A stretch of 64,000 bases of DNA from Mustelus asterias (taxonomy: Eukaryota), in contig NC_135818.1 in NCBI RefSeq assembly GCF_964213995.1, positions 69,316,001-69,380,000 on the forward strand. Reading direction: 5' to 3'. The position numbers were made by a program, and so were the translations under genes. Positions within the stretch are counted from its first letter, which is position 1, and each line of letters opens with the position of its first letter. The notes under the pieces are model-generated. The model did no database searches, was not told where the DNA came from, and saw only the letters and a program-made list of their open reading frames with translations. This document shows, in pieces, positions 24,468-37,920 of this stretch.

Positions 24468-24863
24468 ATGATGAACTTTCGCCAGCGAATGGGTTGGATT
24501 GGTGTAGGATTGTACCTGCTAGCAAGTGCTGCAGCCTTTTATTATGTATTTGAAATAAATGAAACTTACAACCAACTGGCTTTGGAGCATATTCAGCGGA
24601 ACTCGGAGGACGTGGGGAGTGGAGCCTCTTGGACACAGACAGTAACAGCACGCTTGTTTTCTCTCCCATTCTGGCTCTGGGGCCTTCTGTTCCTGATTCC
24701 GTACCTGCAAATCTTCCTATTCTTATACTCGTGTACAAGAGCAAATCCCAAGACCGTTGGCTACTGCATTTTCCCAATCTATCTGGCTGTCGTCTGCAAT
24801 CGCCACCAAGCTTTTGTCAAAGCCTCCAATCAAATTAACAGATTGAAAATAATTGACACATGA
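24468..24863 (+). CDS. LYSET: Lysosomal enzyme trafficking factor (TMEM251), 131 aa, single coding exon
   Basis: ORF MMNFRQRMGWIGVGLYLLASAAAFYYVFEI...YSCTRANPKTVGYCI...NRHQAFVKASNQINRLKIIDT matches the recalled human short isoform. Two hydrophobic segments; acceptor tattgcag| lies just before 24449. Confidence 0.97.
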   Translation: MMNFRQRMGWIGVGLYLLASAAAFYYVFEINETYNQLALEHIQRNSEDVGSGASWTQTVTARLFSLPFWLWGLLFLIPYLQIFLFLYSCTRANPKTVGYCIFPIYLAVVCNRHQAFVKASNQINRLKIIDT

Positions 24864-27800
24864 TTGGACCTGTCACGTTGGGTTACATTAAATTAACCCT
24901 GAATCCACATTCGAAGCATGGAGTGCTTAAATTTGATGTGATCTGTAATGAAATGTCTGGCTGTATCTGAAATTTCATTACTGGGGTGTTTTTTTTTAAA
25001 ATAATAGAACTTTCTTTGGGACGGTACAGATCCTGCAGACAACTGTGTAACATGACATTGTTAGGATTCTGTTGGTGTTTCAATATCACTCACCGTAAGC
25101 CACTCCATTAGCCCCCTTGGCAAACATATACTTTTCAGGAATTTTCATTATTTTTCAATGGGAATTCCTAGCTCTTTTAGGCCACTTTGGTGGGAAAGGG
25201 TTTCATTCTTCTTCCGTCCAGATGCTTAAACCTATATTTTTATTTTTCACACTTCAGTTTTAACCTCTTGACTGAAAATAAGGTGCAGTAAATGTTTTCT
25301 AATTCTGGCAAGATGTCGATTTCGGTATAAGCAAATGATGCAGATTACATTCACAGCAACCATTTTTGGAAATGGTGTTTTCAAAATGGCCTCGTGAATA
25401 AAGATTATTTGACCATCTACTACTATCATTTCCTGGCTATTTATTTTTTTAAAAAGGTAAACCTTAACCTGTGTTCACAACTGTTTCCTTGCCATAGTGT
25501 AGCAAAACAGGATAGGATGCTGTGAATGCATGTATTCTCCAGTTATTAAGTGACTGTAACTGAAGGCATTTTAGATTAATTGAAAGAGGCGGTGATCTGT
25601 GTTCAGGATGTATTTGCATCTTCTCATTAAGGCTTTGGAAATCACCAGGTTATGAACACAATACTTGACCTAGTGTAACGGCGACTACAGGACTGTGTTA
25701 TTTGGTTGATCAGTGTATCATTGTGACTCTTTCCTGGTAGTTCTATACTGAAGGATAACTCGGTGATTCAGGATCAATTATTTTTATAATGCCAGTACAT
25801 GTTCTGTATAGACCATTTTTTTGATACAAACTTTAAACCGCCTATCTCGGCTGAGCATTCACACTGAGCTGTGCATTAAGTTTGGGGTCAAATAAGCATT
25901 AAACTGTACTATAGCTAATAGCCATTTACTGTGCATTACAATCCGATCAAAAGTATCTGTCGATGGACACATTTGGATTTTAAATGATAATCACAAGTTC
26001 TTTGCAAAAGCAGTGACAGGGAAATTAATCTCCATGTGAGCCAACCAAAGTATCACCTGCAGAACAACAAGGCAGTGATACAGAAAGACACTGCGCACTC
26101 TTAACACTTTTGTACAAATTCTAATACAAATAGTTTTTATTTTTTTAGTGAAGGGAACTTCAGTGATCATGTCACAGTGAGAGATCTAACTTTTATTATT
26201 GATCCTGATTTGCAGATTATTAATTTATTCCCGAAAACATCAGTTCCTTTTAGGATAAATTTAATCCCTTGCAGCTTTCTCCTCACTCTCTGATGTAACT
26301 TTATTATTGGAATCGGAAGGGGGAAATACAACTGCCACAAATTTAACATCACGCAATTAATTGTACATAAAAGTATGAAAGGAGTGTTTACTGACTTTTG
26401 AGAAGTGCTGAATAACCAAGGTGGAACAAGCACGAGTCTATAAGAAGGGTGCATCTGTTCCCTCTTTGCCCTCAATATGGGGATGTTGAAAATTAAATTT
26501 TTGGGAAAATATTTGTTGCACAATGAGGCCAAATAGGGATTTGTTTGCAGTCCCTACATGCGAAAGTAATTCATTGTACCTGGAGCACCTTGAAATATTT
26601 CTGTAGCAATGTCATCAAGTGCTGCGCAAATGCAAGTATTTTTGGTAACTGTTTGGTTGGAAACCCTGATGCTAATCTTGACCGCGTGGAATGAATATGA
26701 GAGGAATAAGGGGTAGTTGGACTGAGTTGAGGCACTTCCTCCTCTCGCCTGGTGTATGAATTTGGAGCAATCATTTGGCTGAAGAGCAGACTATGCAGGG
26801 GGACTTTTTACTGATGTGTGTGGCTGGTTGCTGCATGTGAAATTAATTTAATGCCGTTGCCATAAATGTAACACGATGTCAATAAGACAGCTGTGAATGT
26901 TTCTCTTAAAATAAAAATGTTAAAGCCATTTAGGTGTTCAAGATCTTTGCGAGTGTTTGAAACCCTGCCTGTCATGCAGAATGCAAATGCCTTTTAACTT
27001 TTGTACAGACAATTGTAAGAAAAATGGTGCTGGATTTGCTGCTGCTTCTATCGTTTCAAAACTGTCTGCTAATAAAGTATTGCCTTGCACTGAGTATGAA
27101 CTCGTTGGTTTAAACCAGTTTCAAAATGTCCACATTACATCGACAGGTTTGCTATTTTCAATACCCAAATGAAACTACTTCATTTCTAGAGCTGGGACGT
27201 TGGGTGCATTAATGTTCCTACGAGGTGGAACTGGATCAAATGAAAACCACCTTGCGTTAAAATAGTTTGACCAGAAAACATCTTATGGTTGACTATTGCT
27301 CTACTTAAAGTTTTCAATATTTAATCCTGGTTTTATAACTTTCGTCTGCATTCTATTCTTTTAAATTTCTGCACCTGCTGAGTGAGTCCTTAATCACTGA
27401 CACCAGGAAAGTTATTTTACTGTCTGCTGTTAAACACAACTCTTCAGCACAAGTCCAAAGAAGCAAGATTTGTCAAGTTATGATGGTTGCCTGATGTTTG
27501 GAGGTGAGATTTCTGAATGTGGTGGAGTTGAACCATATTTTCTGATGGAAAGAGTCATAAGCAGCTGGCAGGAACTTTTAAGGGCTTCTTTTAGGAAAAC
27601 TGCTGTGCTAGTTTGACATTGTGTATGATTACAGGACTGATTTAACACTGACAGGTCAAGATAGGCATCTTTTTAAAAGAAAATTCATTACCAGGTCAAA
27701 TGGCCTGTGCATGTGTAATGCCAAACTTTTAAGTGGTCTAACTTTCGCAGCCAACATTTTCCCCATTGTAAAACTTGTGTAATTTGGGAGTTTGGTCTCT

Positions 27801-30009
27801 AAATGCTTATTTAGGTCTTGAGGAAAATACAATCCATCCCTCAAATCAATGGTAACTTCACTTTAAGCATCAGTTTCATTCTATACCACTCCATTCAAAT
27901 GATTGGATAATTCGTGTTATATTTACCACTGCGTTATCAGGAAGGCAGGTTATGGTTTTCCTGCTCAGATAGTTCCTGATCTAAGTCTCTCATGGTAGAA
28001 ACAACAGACTACCAATTTTAAAACACTTGCTGCAGTAGAGGAGTTAGGTCATCCGCTGTGCTTCTACTTGGAGAGCTGTGCAGGGAATAAACAAGCACTG
28101 TATTTAATGAATTCCCAGCAATGTCTCATACGTATAAAGTTTGTAAACAATTTTGATGGAAGTTCTCAAAACTAGCTTGTTTTTGTGGCATTTAATTCCC
28201 GTGTGTGCTTTTATCCATGTATACATGTTTTTCTTCGGAAACTGCTGTGCAGCCAAGAAATAATTCAATCATATTTAACCCAATACACTTCTTTCAAAAT
28301 CAATAATCTACCCATTCTTTTTAATGCCCTATCTTTTATTTAGCAGTTTGTCTGCATACCAGTTTTGGATCTATGGCCCTAGGCAACACTGGAATTAACA
28401 AGGGACTATTTAAAAAGTCAGGACATTCTTGATCTCAATGCTTAATCTGCAGGAGAAAGCTAATGTTAAGGAAATGTTTTCAACAGAGTGAATATGAGTT
28501 TCAGAATTTTATATCTTGAATGAAATAAACCCTTAACTAGTCCAGTAAACTCCAAGCGTATGCTCTTAAAAATTACCCACTCCTAGCCGCTGGGTAGCAC
28601 CTGGTGTATTTTGGACCAGACGGTTCAATTCATGTCTGTATGGAATTTGCTCATGTCAGCCAGAGCAACAGTTGGAGTGTTTACAACATCCCATCATGTA
28701 GCAAAGTGACTGCATGTCAGTGTTGAGAAAGAAATCACGCTTGTGCTTACCTCCGTGACTAATCTGCAAGAATGGCTACAGTGGCTTGGAAGCAGAGAAG
28801 GTTCAGGTAATTGTGTAAACATAAACTTATATTTAAATGCAAGATTATTGTGGTACTGTGCACCAGTCAGGTGTTAAAATGTTGGTAGGGAAGGCAAGAT
28901 GACAACTTAGAGAAACAACCAAGAGGTAATGATTGCTTACTGTTTTTCCGTGGAACAAGGTATATTAACTGTTGTAGAAGTATCTGATGATGTTTCTGGT
29001 ACAGTAACTTGATATTTGGGTCACCTAAAACTGAATCATTAAGTTAATGTAAGTGTTTCGCAGCAAAACCTTATTTTTGATCTGATGTCAAACAAATATG
29101 TCAACCTTCTAAACTCTGTTTCCTTTGTTTGAGAATTAAAAACAAATATTGTATAACCATTATTTCAATGATTGTCCATAGGGTCGTTTTGCTGAAATAT
29201 AATAAATGTGGGTTTTAGTATAGAATTGTTTTAAGTGATTTTTAATGAGTTTAAGAAAAGCTAAAGAAAGGTGGCATGGTAGCACAGTGGTTAGCACTGC
29301 TGCTTCACAGCTCCAGGGATCTGGGTTCGATTCCCGGCTTGGGTCACTGTGTGGAGTTTGCACATCCTCCTCGTGTCTGCGTGGGTTTCCTCTGGGTGCT
29401 CCGGTTTCCTCCCACAGTCCAAAGATGTGCGAGTTAGGTTGATTGGCTATGCTAAAAATTGCCCTTCATGTCCTGAGATGCGTAGGTTAGAGGGATTAGC
29501 AGTTAAATATGTAGGGATATGGGGGTAGGGCCTGGGTGGGATTGTGGTCGGTGCAGACTCGATGGGCCGAATGGCCTCTTTCTGTACTGTAGGGTTTCTA
29601 TGATTAACCTGAAGTCATGTCAGTGATCCTGGATGCTGTTATCTTGCTTATTACAAAGAGATTTTTTTTAAATCACTCAAACAGCCAACACCACTCATGC
29701 ACCTATTATACACAGCTATCTACTGAAATAAGAGGGTAGAGAAACTATTCTCTCAATGTGGAGTTTGTACAAACTGCATATTTTAAAAGTGCAGTTATGC
29801 TTCAAACTAATTTTACAAGTGCTGAATCAGATATTGATCAAACTCCAAGCCCACTCCAATTCTAACAGGCAACCTAGATCCTTGCTGCCACCTGTTCAAC
29901 TGATATTACTGCAGTCCAGAAATTCATTGTACAATTTCATTAGCTTTGGTTTTCGACCCCTTACTAAGGAAAGACATCTGTATAAAATATTGATGTGTGT
30001 CAATTTGGG

Positions 30010-31185
30010 CATGACACTGTGAAGGTATTGGAGGATGCAGAAAAAAGTCACAAGAATTATTCCAGGGATGAGGAACTCCCAGTTTCGTGGATAGGTTGGA
30101 AAAGTTGAGGCCATTCTCAAAGGATATCACCTGGAGATCACATGGTCTGGAATGGGGGGGTAGGGGTGAGTTAATAGGTTGTGATGAACAAAGCATCATA
30201 GCTGTGAGGGACAGCTCGGGGATAGGATATTAGTTTGTAGATAGGCTGGAATCTCTGCTAAAGTTGAGAGCTTCACAAAAATAAGAGACAAAAAGTAATG
30301 GCCTTGAGTGTTTGTAATTAAGCTCAATTCCCATTACCTTTTCTTCCTGCCACAGCCAAACTATCGACAATCCTTGTACAAGAGAATGTTAATGTGGAAA
30401 GTAAGCATGCAGGTGCAGCAGCCTTCTTGGAGAGGATTTGAGTACAGGAACAGGGATACAAGGCCTTGGTGAGACCACACCTGGAACAGTGTGTGCCGTT
30501 TTGGTCTCCTTTATCTGAGGAAAGTTGTTCTTGCTATGGAAGGAGTGCAGCAAAGGCTCGCCGGATTGATTCCTGGGATGACGGGACTTGTGTATGAGGA
30601 GAGATTGCATCAGTTAGGATTATATTCGCTGGAGTTGAAAAAATGAGGGCGGGGCAGAACTCAGAAGCCTATAAAATTCTAACAGGACTACACAGGTAGA
30701 TGCAGGAAGGATGTTCTCAATGGTGGGGGAGTCCAAAGCCTGGGGTGACAGTCCGAGGATATGGGGAGACTGTTTAGATGTGGAGATGCCGGCGTTGGAC
30801 TGGGGTAAACACAGTAAGAAGTCCAACAGGTTTATTTGGTAGCAAATGCCACTAGCTTTCGGAGCGCTGCCCCTTCGTAAGGTGGAGTGGGAGATGTACC
30901 AAATAAACCTGTTGGACTTTAACCTGGTGTTGTTAGACTTACTGAGACTGTTTAGGACAGAGATGAGAAATCTTCTTAGCCAGCAAGTTGGCAGTCTGTG
31001 GAATTCTCTACCACAGAAAGCAATTGAGGCCAAAACATTGTTTGCTTTAAAGAAGGTGTTAGATATAGCTCTTGGGGCTAAAGGAATCAGGGGACATGAG
31101 GGAAAGTGGGAACAGGTTACTGAGTTGGATGATAGCCATGATCATAATCAATGGTGGAACAGGCTAAATGGCCTACTCCTATTAT
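30010..31185 (+). mobile_element. CR1 3' fragments interrupted by a PLE
   Basis: FRTEMRN..SQQVGSLWNSLPQKA; CR1 3'UTR. Confidence 0.75.
30778..30943. mobile_element. PLE family 1 short palindromic insertion inside CR1
   Basis: 12-bp TSD GAGACTGTTTAG at 30766-30777 and 30944-30955. Confidence 0.8.
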
Positions 31186-31567
31186 CTACATCCCCCAATG
31201 GCAGCACATGACTTAATCAGTGCTGTAATGTCCCAAAATGCTCAATCATTTAAGTTAATCACCGTCATTCCGACAAACATTCGAGGGCATGATTTCCAGA
31301 GCTAATCTTAAATGTTTCATTTCCTTTTCTCTCAGACAAAGAAAATTGTGGAATTACTTAACTTTTTATAGTCTCTATAAGAATTAAACAAATGCCAGGT
31401 TTTTAAAAACATGTATGCTTTTAAAAAAATCTTTGGGTTGTAGAAAAAGTTGAGTAGCTTTTTAAATGCATTAAAAAAATCTTAAATTGGTAAGCGTCTT
31501 TTAGGAAGTCAGTCATCATTTGCAGCACCTCAAACAATGGAGCAGGTAGATTGTTTCAGATGGTCCG

Positions 31568-31665
31568 TCAACATTGATTCTTAGTCCTTTTCGCTGGAGG
31601 GGCATCTCCATCTGCTTTATTAACTTGTTCATCTTCATCATCATCATCATCTTCTTCATCGTCAC
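31568..31665 (-). CDS. GON7: GON7 (EKC/KEOPS subunit, C14orf142) exon 2: (G)DDEEDDDDDEDEQVNKADGDAPPAKRTKNQC*
   Basis: Acceptor tttcaatcag| just before 31665; phase 1 matches exon 1. Acidic tract plus PPAKR motif resembles the human C-terminus (GDDEDDAED...GPSAKRPK). Stop TGA at 31570-31568. Confidence 0.9.
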
Positions 31666-33017
31666 CTGATTGAAAGATTTAAAAGGAAAATGTAGCAAAA
31701 CATTTAATAGATGCATATCTAGTGATCTGGCTCCAACATGGAACAGAATCAAACTATTCTGGATGCTGGAAATACTGAGGATTTCAGGCAGCATCAGTTA
31801 TGAGAGGAAACAAAGCTAATGGTCCAGACTGGCAGGACAGTGGTTAGCATTGTTGCCTCATAGTGCCAAGGACCTGGTTTTGATTCCCGGCTTGGGTGAA
31901 TGTCTGTGGAATCTGCACGTTCTCCCCGTGTCTGTGTGAGTTTCCTCTGCGTGCTCAGATTTCCTCCCACAGTCCAAAAGACATGCTGGTTAGGTGCATT
32001 AGCCATGCTAAACTCTCCCTCAGTGTACCTGACCAGGTGCCAGAGTGTGGCGACCAGGGGATTTTCACAGTAACTTCATTGTAGTGTTAATGTAAGCCAA
32101 CTTTTGATGGCTGAAGAGCCTGTTCCTGTGCTGTAATTTTCTTTGGTCTTTTCCCCGGAAGGGTAGAAGGTTTTAGTTCAGTCGGGCAGCATGGTCGGTG
32201 CAGACTTGAAGGGCCTGTTCTTGTGCTGTAATTTTCTTTGTTCTAAATAAACTCTAAACCTAATAAACCAGTGACTTTTTAAAAAAAAATCAGAACTGAA
32301 AAACGTTTGCAATGTAACAGGATTTTTAAACAAGTGCAGAGCCAGGAAAAGGAGGAAAGAACAATAAAAAAGGGAAGGTCTGATACGGTGGGAGAATGTG
32401 ACAAAAATAAATGAGCTGGAAGCCAAAAGGGGGCAGCAATGGGTCAAGAATTAAAAGATGGGTCGAGACCAGGAGCTGTAAATAGTCTTTTTAAAGTGTA
32501 ATCTCTAACTCAGTTCTAAGTAAAGTAAAAAGTAAAGTTTATTTATTAGCCACAAGTAAGGCTTACATTAACACTGCAATGAAGTTACTGTGAAGTTACT
32601 CCCAGAGTTGCCTCACTCCAGCGCCTGTTGGGGTCAATGCACCTAACCAGCACGTCTATCAGAACGTGGGAGGAAACCAGAGCACCCGGAGGAAACCCAC
32701 GCAGACACGGGGAGAATGTGCAGACTCCGCACAGACAGTGACCCAAGCCGGGAATTGAACCCAGGTCCCCTGGCGCTGTGAGGCAGCAGTGCTAACCACT
32801 GTGCCATCGAGCATCGACCTGAAGCATTATCTTTGTCTCTTTCCAGTGATGCCAGCAGGTCTGCTTAGTGTTTCTAGCATTTTTTTATCAATAAGCTGCA
32901 TTTGATATCAATAATCACATGTCCAGTAGTCTAGTGGTTATGGTAGTAGATTAACCATTTACAAAATCCCAAATTGAGAAATTGTAGCCATTTGTGGGTC
33001 AGTACCAGGAAGAGGGA

Positions 33018-33143
33018 TTAATGTTTTAAGTTTCCTTTGTGATAGATTTTTGGTTCGGGCTGTTCCCCCTCCTTTTGGGGAGCTGCCCCTTTTACTTTGT
33101 CCCTATGTTAATTTGAGTTTGTTTATTTGGTATTCAAAAAAGA
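33018..33143 (+). mobile_element. Tx1-clade 3'UTR fragment (same family as 15879-16087)
   Basis: Shares cctccttttgg..gctgcccctttt..tttgtc..gttaatttga; A-tail; 15-bp TSD TACCAGGAAGAGGGA at 33003-33017 and 33144-33158. Confidence 0.6.
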
Positions 33144-36100
33144 TACCAGGAAGAGGGAGTGACAGCTGCAGGAGTGCCTTAAATACACAACTAAATCCCC
33201 ATGTCTTGCAGAAGCGGCCACTCCTACCCAATCCATTCTTTCACTGAGCTCTAACGTGGGGACTAAGCTGAAATCAAATTGACAAATAAACTTCAAGTGA
33301 TCATGCATTAAACTCATTCTCCATACGTGCATTTGTCGAGTTTCAGGTTGCCATTTCTTTCCCCAAGTTTGAAGTCTCACAACACCAGGTTAAAGTCCAA
33401 CAGGTTTATTTGGTGTCACGAGCTTTCAGAACACTGCTCCTTCATCGGGCGAGTGGAGAGCTGGGGTAATGACTGAAGAACCCTTGGTTAAGGAAGTTTA
33501 AAAAGATGATGAGGGTGTTCCTGATCCTCGATATCCAGGCTCCTTGCAAAGGAGTATGGATGCAAGATGAGGATGGGATCAAACGCAACCTCCCATCCCA
33601 CCAACTTCCCAAAGAAACTAGCCAACAATTACTCATATTCACACATCAATGACCATCTGGATGAGCAAGTCACATGTGACCAGCAGCCATGGAACCATAT
33701 GCCAGAAGTTCATTATATATCTCAATGTTGATATCCATTTGGATCAACATAGTCCTTCTTTCCAGGAAGGCCCTGTACATAAGTTTCCAAAATTATAGCA
33801 GGACTCTACTGCAATTGGCCAAGGTGAAGCAGGTCCAGCTTCACAAAGAATCAGATGCTTCTCTGTCAAAAACATCCTTTTTTTTGCACATGTCTCAGTT
33901 AAACTAATTTCCCATAGGAAGAAGTGGGGGTCTATGTCGGGATTGGAAGGACTAGGGAGGCAATAAGAGCAACAAGCTATTAGGAGGCAAGATATTGCTA
34001 TAGGGGAGCAGGGATACACGGTGGCACAGTAGATAGCACTGCTGTCTCACAGCGCCAGAGATCCGAGTTCAATTCCCGACTTGGATCACTGTCTGTGTGG
34101 ATTTTGCACGTTCTCCCCGTGTCTGCGTGGGTTTCCTCCCACAATCCAAAAGACGTGCTGGTTAGATGGATTAGCCATGCTAAATTGCTCCTTAGTATCA
34201 GGGGGAACTAGCTAGGGTGAATGGATGGGGTTATGGGGATAGGGCCTGGGTGGGATTGTGGTTGGTGTCGACTCAATGGGCCGAATGGCCTCCTTCTGCA
34301 CTGTAGGAATTTCTGATCCCATGAAAAGCAGACATCGGGAGCTGGAATTCCACTCCCCATTTTGTATTGCTTTCCTACTGCCACCCTGTGACCCGCCACT
34401 CATAGCAAGTTAGCAAATCTAGGCGATTCCCTAACCCTGACTACCCACACCTCACATCGAGACAAGGAAAGGGACAATAGAACAAAGTGTGCCCTTGCGA
34501 CAGGCAGGGCAGGATGTTCTGTCCCTAGATACATTGATGGAGTGGAAAGAGTATTGTGTGGAATATAAACATTGGCAGGGACCTGTTTGCGCCAAAAGAC
34601 CTGTTTCCGCGCTGTAAATAGTTTGGAATACTTCGTATGTCGCAACTTCCCCGAGCTGACCTACCTTATTTTTAAATGAAGTTGATCCATTGTCATCTTT
34701 GAATCTACTATTGGGGGGAGAGGGGGTTAACTTGCATTTTAACTGCTCAAAATGAATATGAAGATCAGTCTGCAAAAATAGGAACAATTTCATACAGGAT
34801 TGTGTGCAAACTGACTGGGAAACGTTTGGATACAAAGTACACCTGAAATTTTAAGATAGAATTTTGCTGGAAGTGCTCTTCATTAGGTGAACACTTACAT
34901 GCTCAAAACATACAAAAACAAAACGCAAAGGCATACAGCTCCATCTCGACAGTTCCACACAGTTGTAGGCATCGCAATGGGCACAGCGGTTAGCACTGCA
35001 GCCTCACAGCGCCAGGGACCCGGGTTCGATTCCCGGCTTGGGTCACTGTCTGTGTGCAGTCTGCACGTTCTCCCCGTGTCTGCGTGGGTTTCCTCCGGGT
35101 GCTCTGGTTTCCTCTCAGTCTGAAAGACGTGCTGGTTAGGTGCATTGGCCATGCTAAATTTTCTCAGTGTACCTGAACAGGCGACAGGAGTGTGGCGACT
35201 AGGGGATTTTCACTGTAGTTCCATTGCAGTGTTAATGTAAGCCTTACTTGTGATTAATAAATAAACTTTACTTTATGACAACATTAACACCCCTCTCCCA
35301 CCCAAAACCATGTATTCTCCTGGGAAAGGCAAACCAGATTTATAAAATCCCAGGTCAATTAAACGGAAAAATAGACTGGGAACAAAATAACTTATTCTGC
35401 GTCTTGCCAAGTCCTGACTGGCCAACTGTGTACTTTGTGTGGTCCGGTTATTTTATTTTAGATTTCCAGCATTTACGATCGTCTCCTTTTATGTTACTGA
35501 CATTTTAAACAGCCATTTCACAGTTAACAAGGTAGAACGCTCAATGTGTGTTATATAAAAAGGATTTCCTTTGAGGATGGAAAAGGTAACTGTACCCCAA
35601 GGTCGCAAACAGAGGTTTTAACTGATCAAATAACTCAAATTTTCAGCCCTAAATGTTTTATTGTGCTGGCAAAAGGCCACTTCACTCTCCAACCCCATTG
35701 TTAAAATGTGCTAGCTTGGGGGTTATTAGATTAAATTAATTATGCTACCACTCAGGGCCTGGTAAAACTAAAACAGCCACTTCTGATACACTGAGCAGTG
35801 ACTGGTAGATTTAATCAGTGATTTTAAAATTATGCTCAAATGGCAACTTGTACTTCATGCTGGAATGTTGCCAACAGTGCAGTCCCGAATTCTGTGTTCT
35901 CCAGAAAGACTGACTGTGTGGACTTGACAAGTACTTTCTCTAATAACGAGCAAAAAGGAAGGAAACTACATGTTAACAATTAAAATGATAAAGTGTAAAT
36001 ATCTGCAATATTTTGTGAAATGTACCGCTCCATAAAATACAAAGCATGTCTTGTAAGTTGCTTTAAAAAAGGTTACAAATGATGTTTCGCAATTAATTTA

Positions 36101-36255
36101 GTTATAGGCGCCAACAACATGATTTACAAGTAACAATAATTATTCAACATCAATATTTGTTCTTGTTAGAGGGACAGCAGATCAAACATGTACTATAATC
36201 AAAGCGAGCAGAAATCAGGTGGTTTTCCAATAGTCAGGCTGTATAAGGAAAGGTT

Positions 36256-37441
36256 GTCATGATGTGGAGATGCCGGCGTTGGACTGGGGTAAACACAGTA
36301 AGAAGTTTAACAACACCAGGTTAAAATCCAACAGGTTTATTTGGTAGCAAAAGCCACACAAGCTTTCGGAGCTCCAAGCCCCTTCTTCAGGTGAGTGGGA
36401 ATTCTGTTCACAAACAGAGCATATAAAGACACAAACTCAATTTACATGAATAATGGTTGGAATGCGAATACTTACAGCTAATCAAGTCTTTAAGAAACAA
36501 AACAACGTGAGTGGAGAGAACATCAAGACAGGCTAAAAAGATGTGTATTGTCTCCAGACAAGACAGCCAGTGAAACTCTGTGGGGGTTACAAATAGTGTG
36601 ACATGAACCCAATATCCCGGTTGAGGCCGTCCTCGTGTGTGCGGAACTTGGCTATCAGTTTCTGCTCAGCGACTGCGCCGTCGTGTGTCGCGAAGGCCGC
36701 CTTGGAGAACGCTTACCCGACATCTCCTCCGGAGCCTTCAACATGTCATTGATGAAGACGAACATCTCGCCAAGGCCATCCCCACACCCCCACTTCTTGC
36801 CTTCAAACAACCGCACAACCTCAAACAGACCATTGTCCGCAGCAAACTACCCAGCCTTCAGGAGAACAGTGACCATGACACCACACAACCCTGCCACAGC
36901 AACCTCTGCAAGACGTGCCGGATCATCGACACAGATGCCATCATCTCACGTGAGAACACCATCCACAAGGTACACGGTACATACTCTTGCAACTCGGCCA
37001 ACATTGTCTACCTGATACGCTGCAAGAAAGGATGTCCCGAGGCATGGTACATTGGGGAAACTATGCAGATGCTGCGACAACGGATGAATGAACACCGCTT
37101 GACAATCACCAGGCAAGACTGTTCTCTTCCTGTTGGGGAACACTATTTGTAACCCCCACAGAGTTTCACTGGCTGTCTTGTCTGGAGACAATACACATCT
37201 TTTTAGCCTGTCTTGATGTTCTCTCCACTCACGTTGTTTTGTTGCTTAAAGACTTGATTAGTTGTAAGTATTCGCATTCCAACCATTATTCATGTAAATT
37301 GAGTTTGTGTCTTTATATGCTCTGTTTGTGAACAGAATTCCCACTCACCTGAAGAAGGGGCTTGGAGCTCCGAAAGCTTGTGTGGCTTTTGGTACCAAAT
37401 AAACCTGTTGGATTTTAACCTGGTGTTGTTAAACTTCTTAC
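36256..37441. mobile_element. Penelope-like element family 1: inverted terminal arms around a GIY-YIG endonuclease fragment
   Basis: ORF 36637-37152 contains PCHSNLCKTC...NIVYLIRC..WYIGET..LRQRMNEHR (PLE Cys-rich linker plus GIY-YIG). Arms ~36297-36595 and ~37141-37441 are reverse complements; 12-bp TSD TAAGGAAAGGTT. Confidence 0.9.
37346..37382 (+). ncRNA. Minimal type-I hammerhead ribozyme (PLE family 1)
   Basis: cac CTGAAGA a ggggc-ttgga-gctcc GAAA gc TT gtg: CUGANGA/GAAA/UH core, stem II, palindromic AGCT stem III, cac/gtg stem I. Confidence 0.75.
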
Positions 37442-37453
37442 TAAGGAAAGGTT

Positions 37454-37811
37454 AACACAGTAAGAAGTTTAACAACACCAGGTTAAAGTCCAACAGGTTT
37501 ATTTGGTAGCAAAAGCCACACAAGCTTTCGGAGCTCCAAGCCCCTTCTTCAGGTGAGTGGGAATTCTGTTCACAAACAGGGCATATAAAGACACAGACTC
37601 AATTTACATGAATAATGGTTGGAATGCGAATACTTACAACTAATCCAGTCTTTAAGAAACAAAACAACGCAAGTGGCGAGAGCATCAAGACAGGCTAAAA
37701 AGATGTGTATTGTCTCCAGACAAGACAGCCAGTGAAACTCGGCAGGTCCAGGCAACTGTGGGGGTTACAGATAGTGTGACATGAACCCAATATCCCGGTT
37801 GAGGCCAGTTT
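37454..37811 (-). mobile_element. Second PLE family-1 terminal copy inserted at the same site
   Basis: Near-identical to 36292-36627; followed by a third target copy TGAGGAAAGGTT at 37812-37823. Confidence 0.85.
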
Positions 37812-37920
37812 TGAGGAAAGGTTAGACAGGTTAGGCTTGTATGCGTTGGGAGTTTAGAAGAGCAAGAGGCAACTTGACTGAAACATACAAGATCCAAGAT
37901 ACAAGAGGGGAATGGGGGGG

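Noticed and set aside
31617-31622. AATAAA inside GON7 exon 2 (minus strand)
   Set aside because: Explained by Asn-Lys codons upstream of the stop; no evidence it is used as a poly(A) signal.
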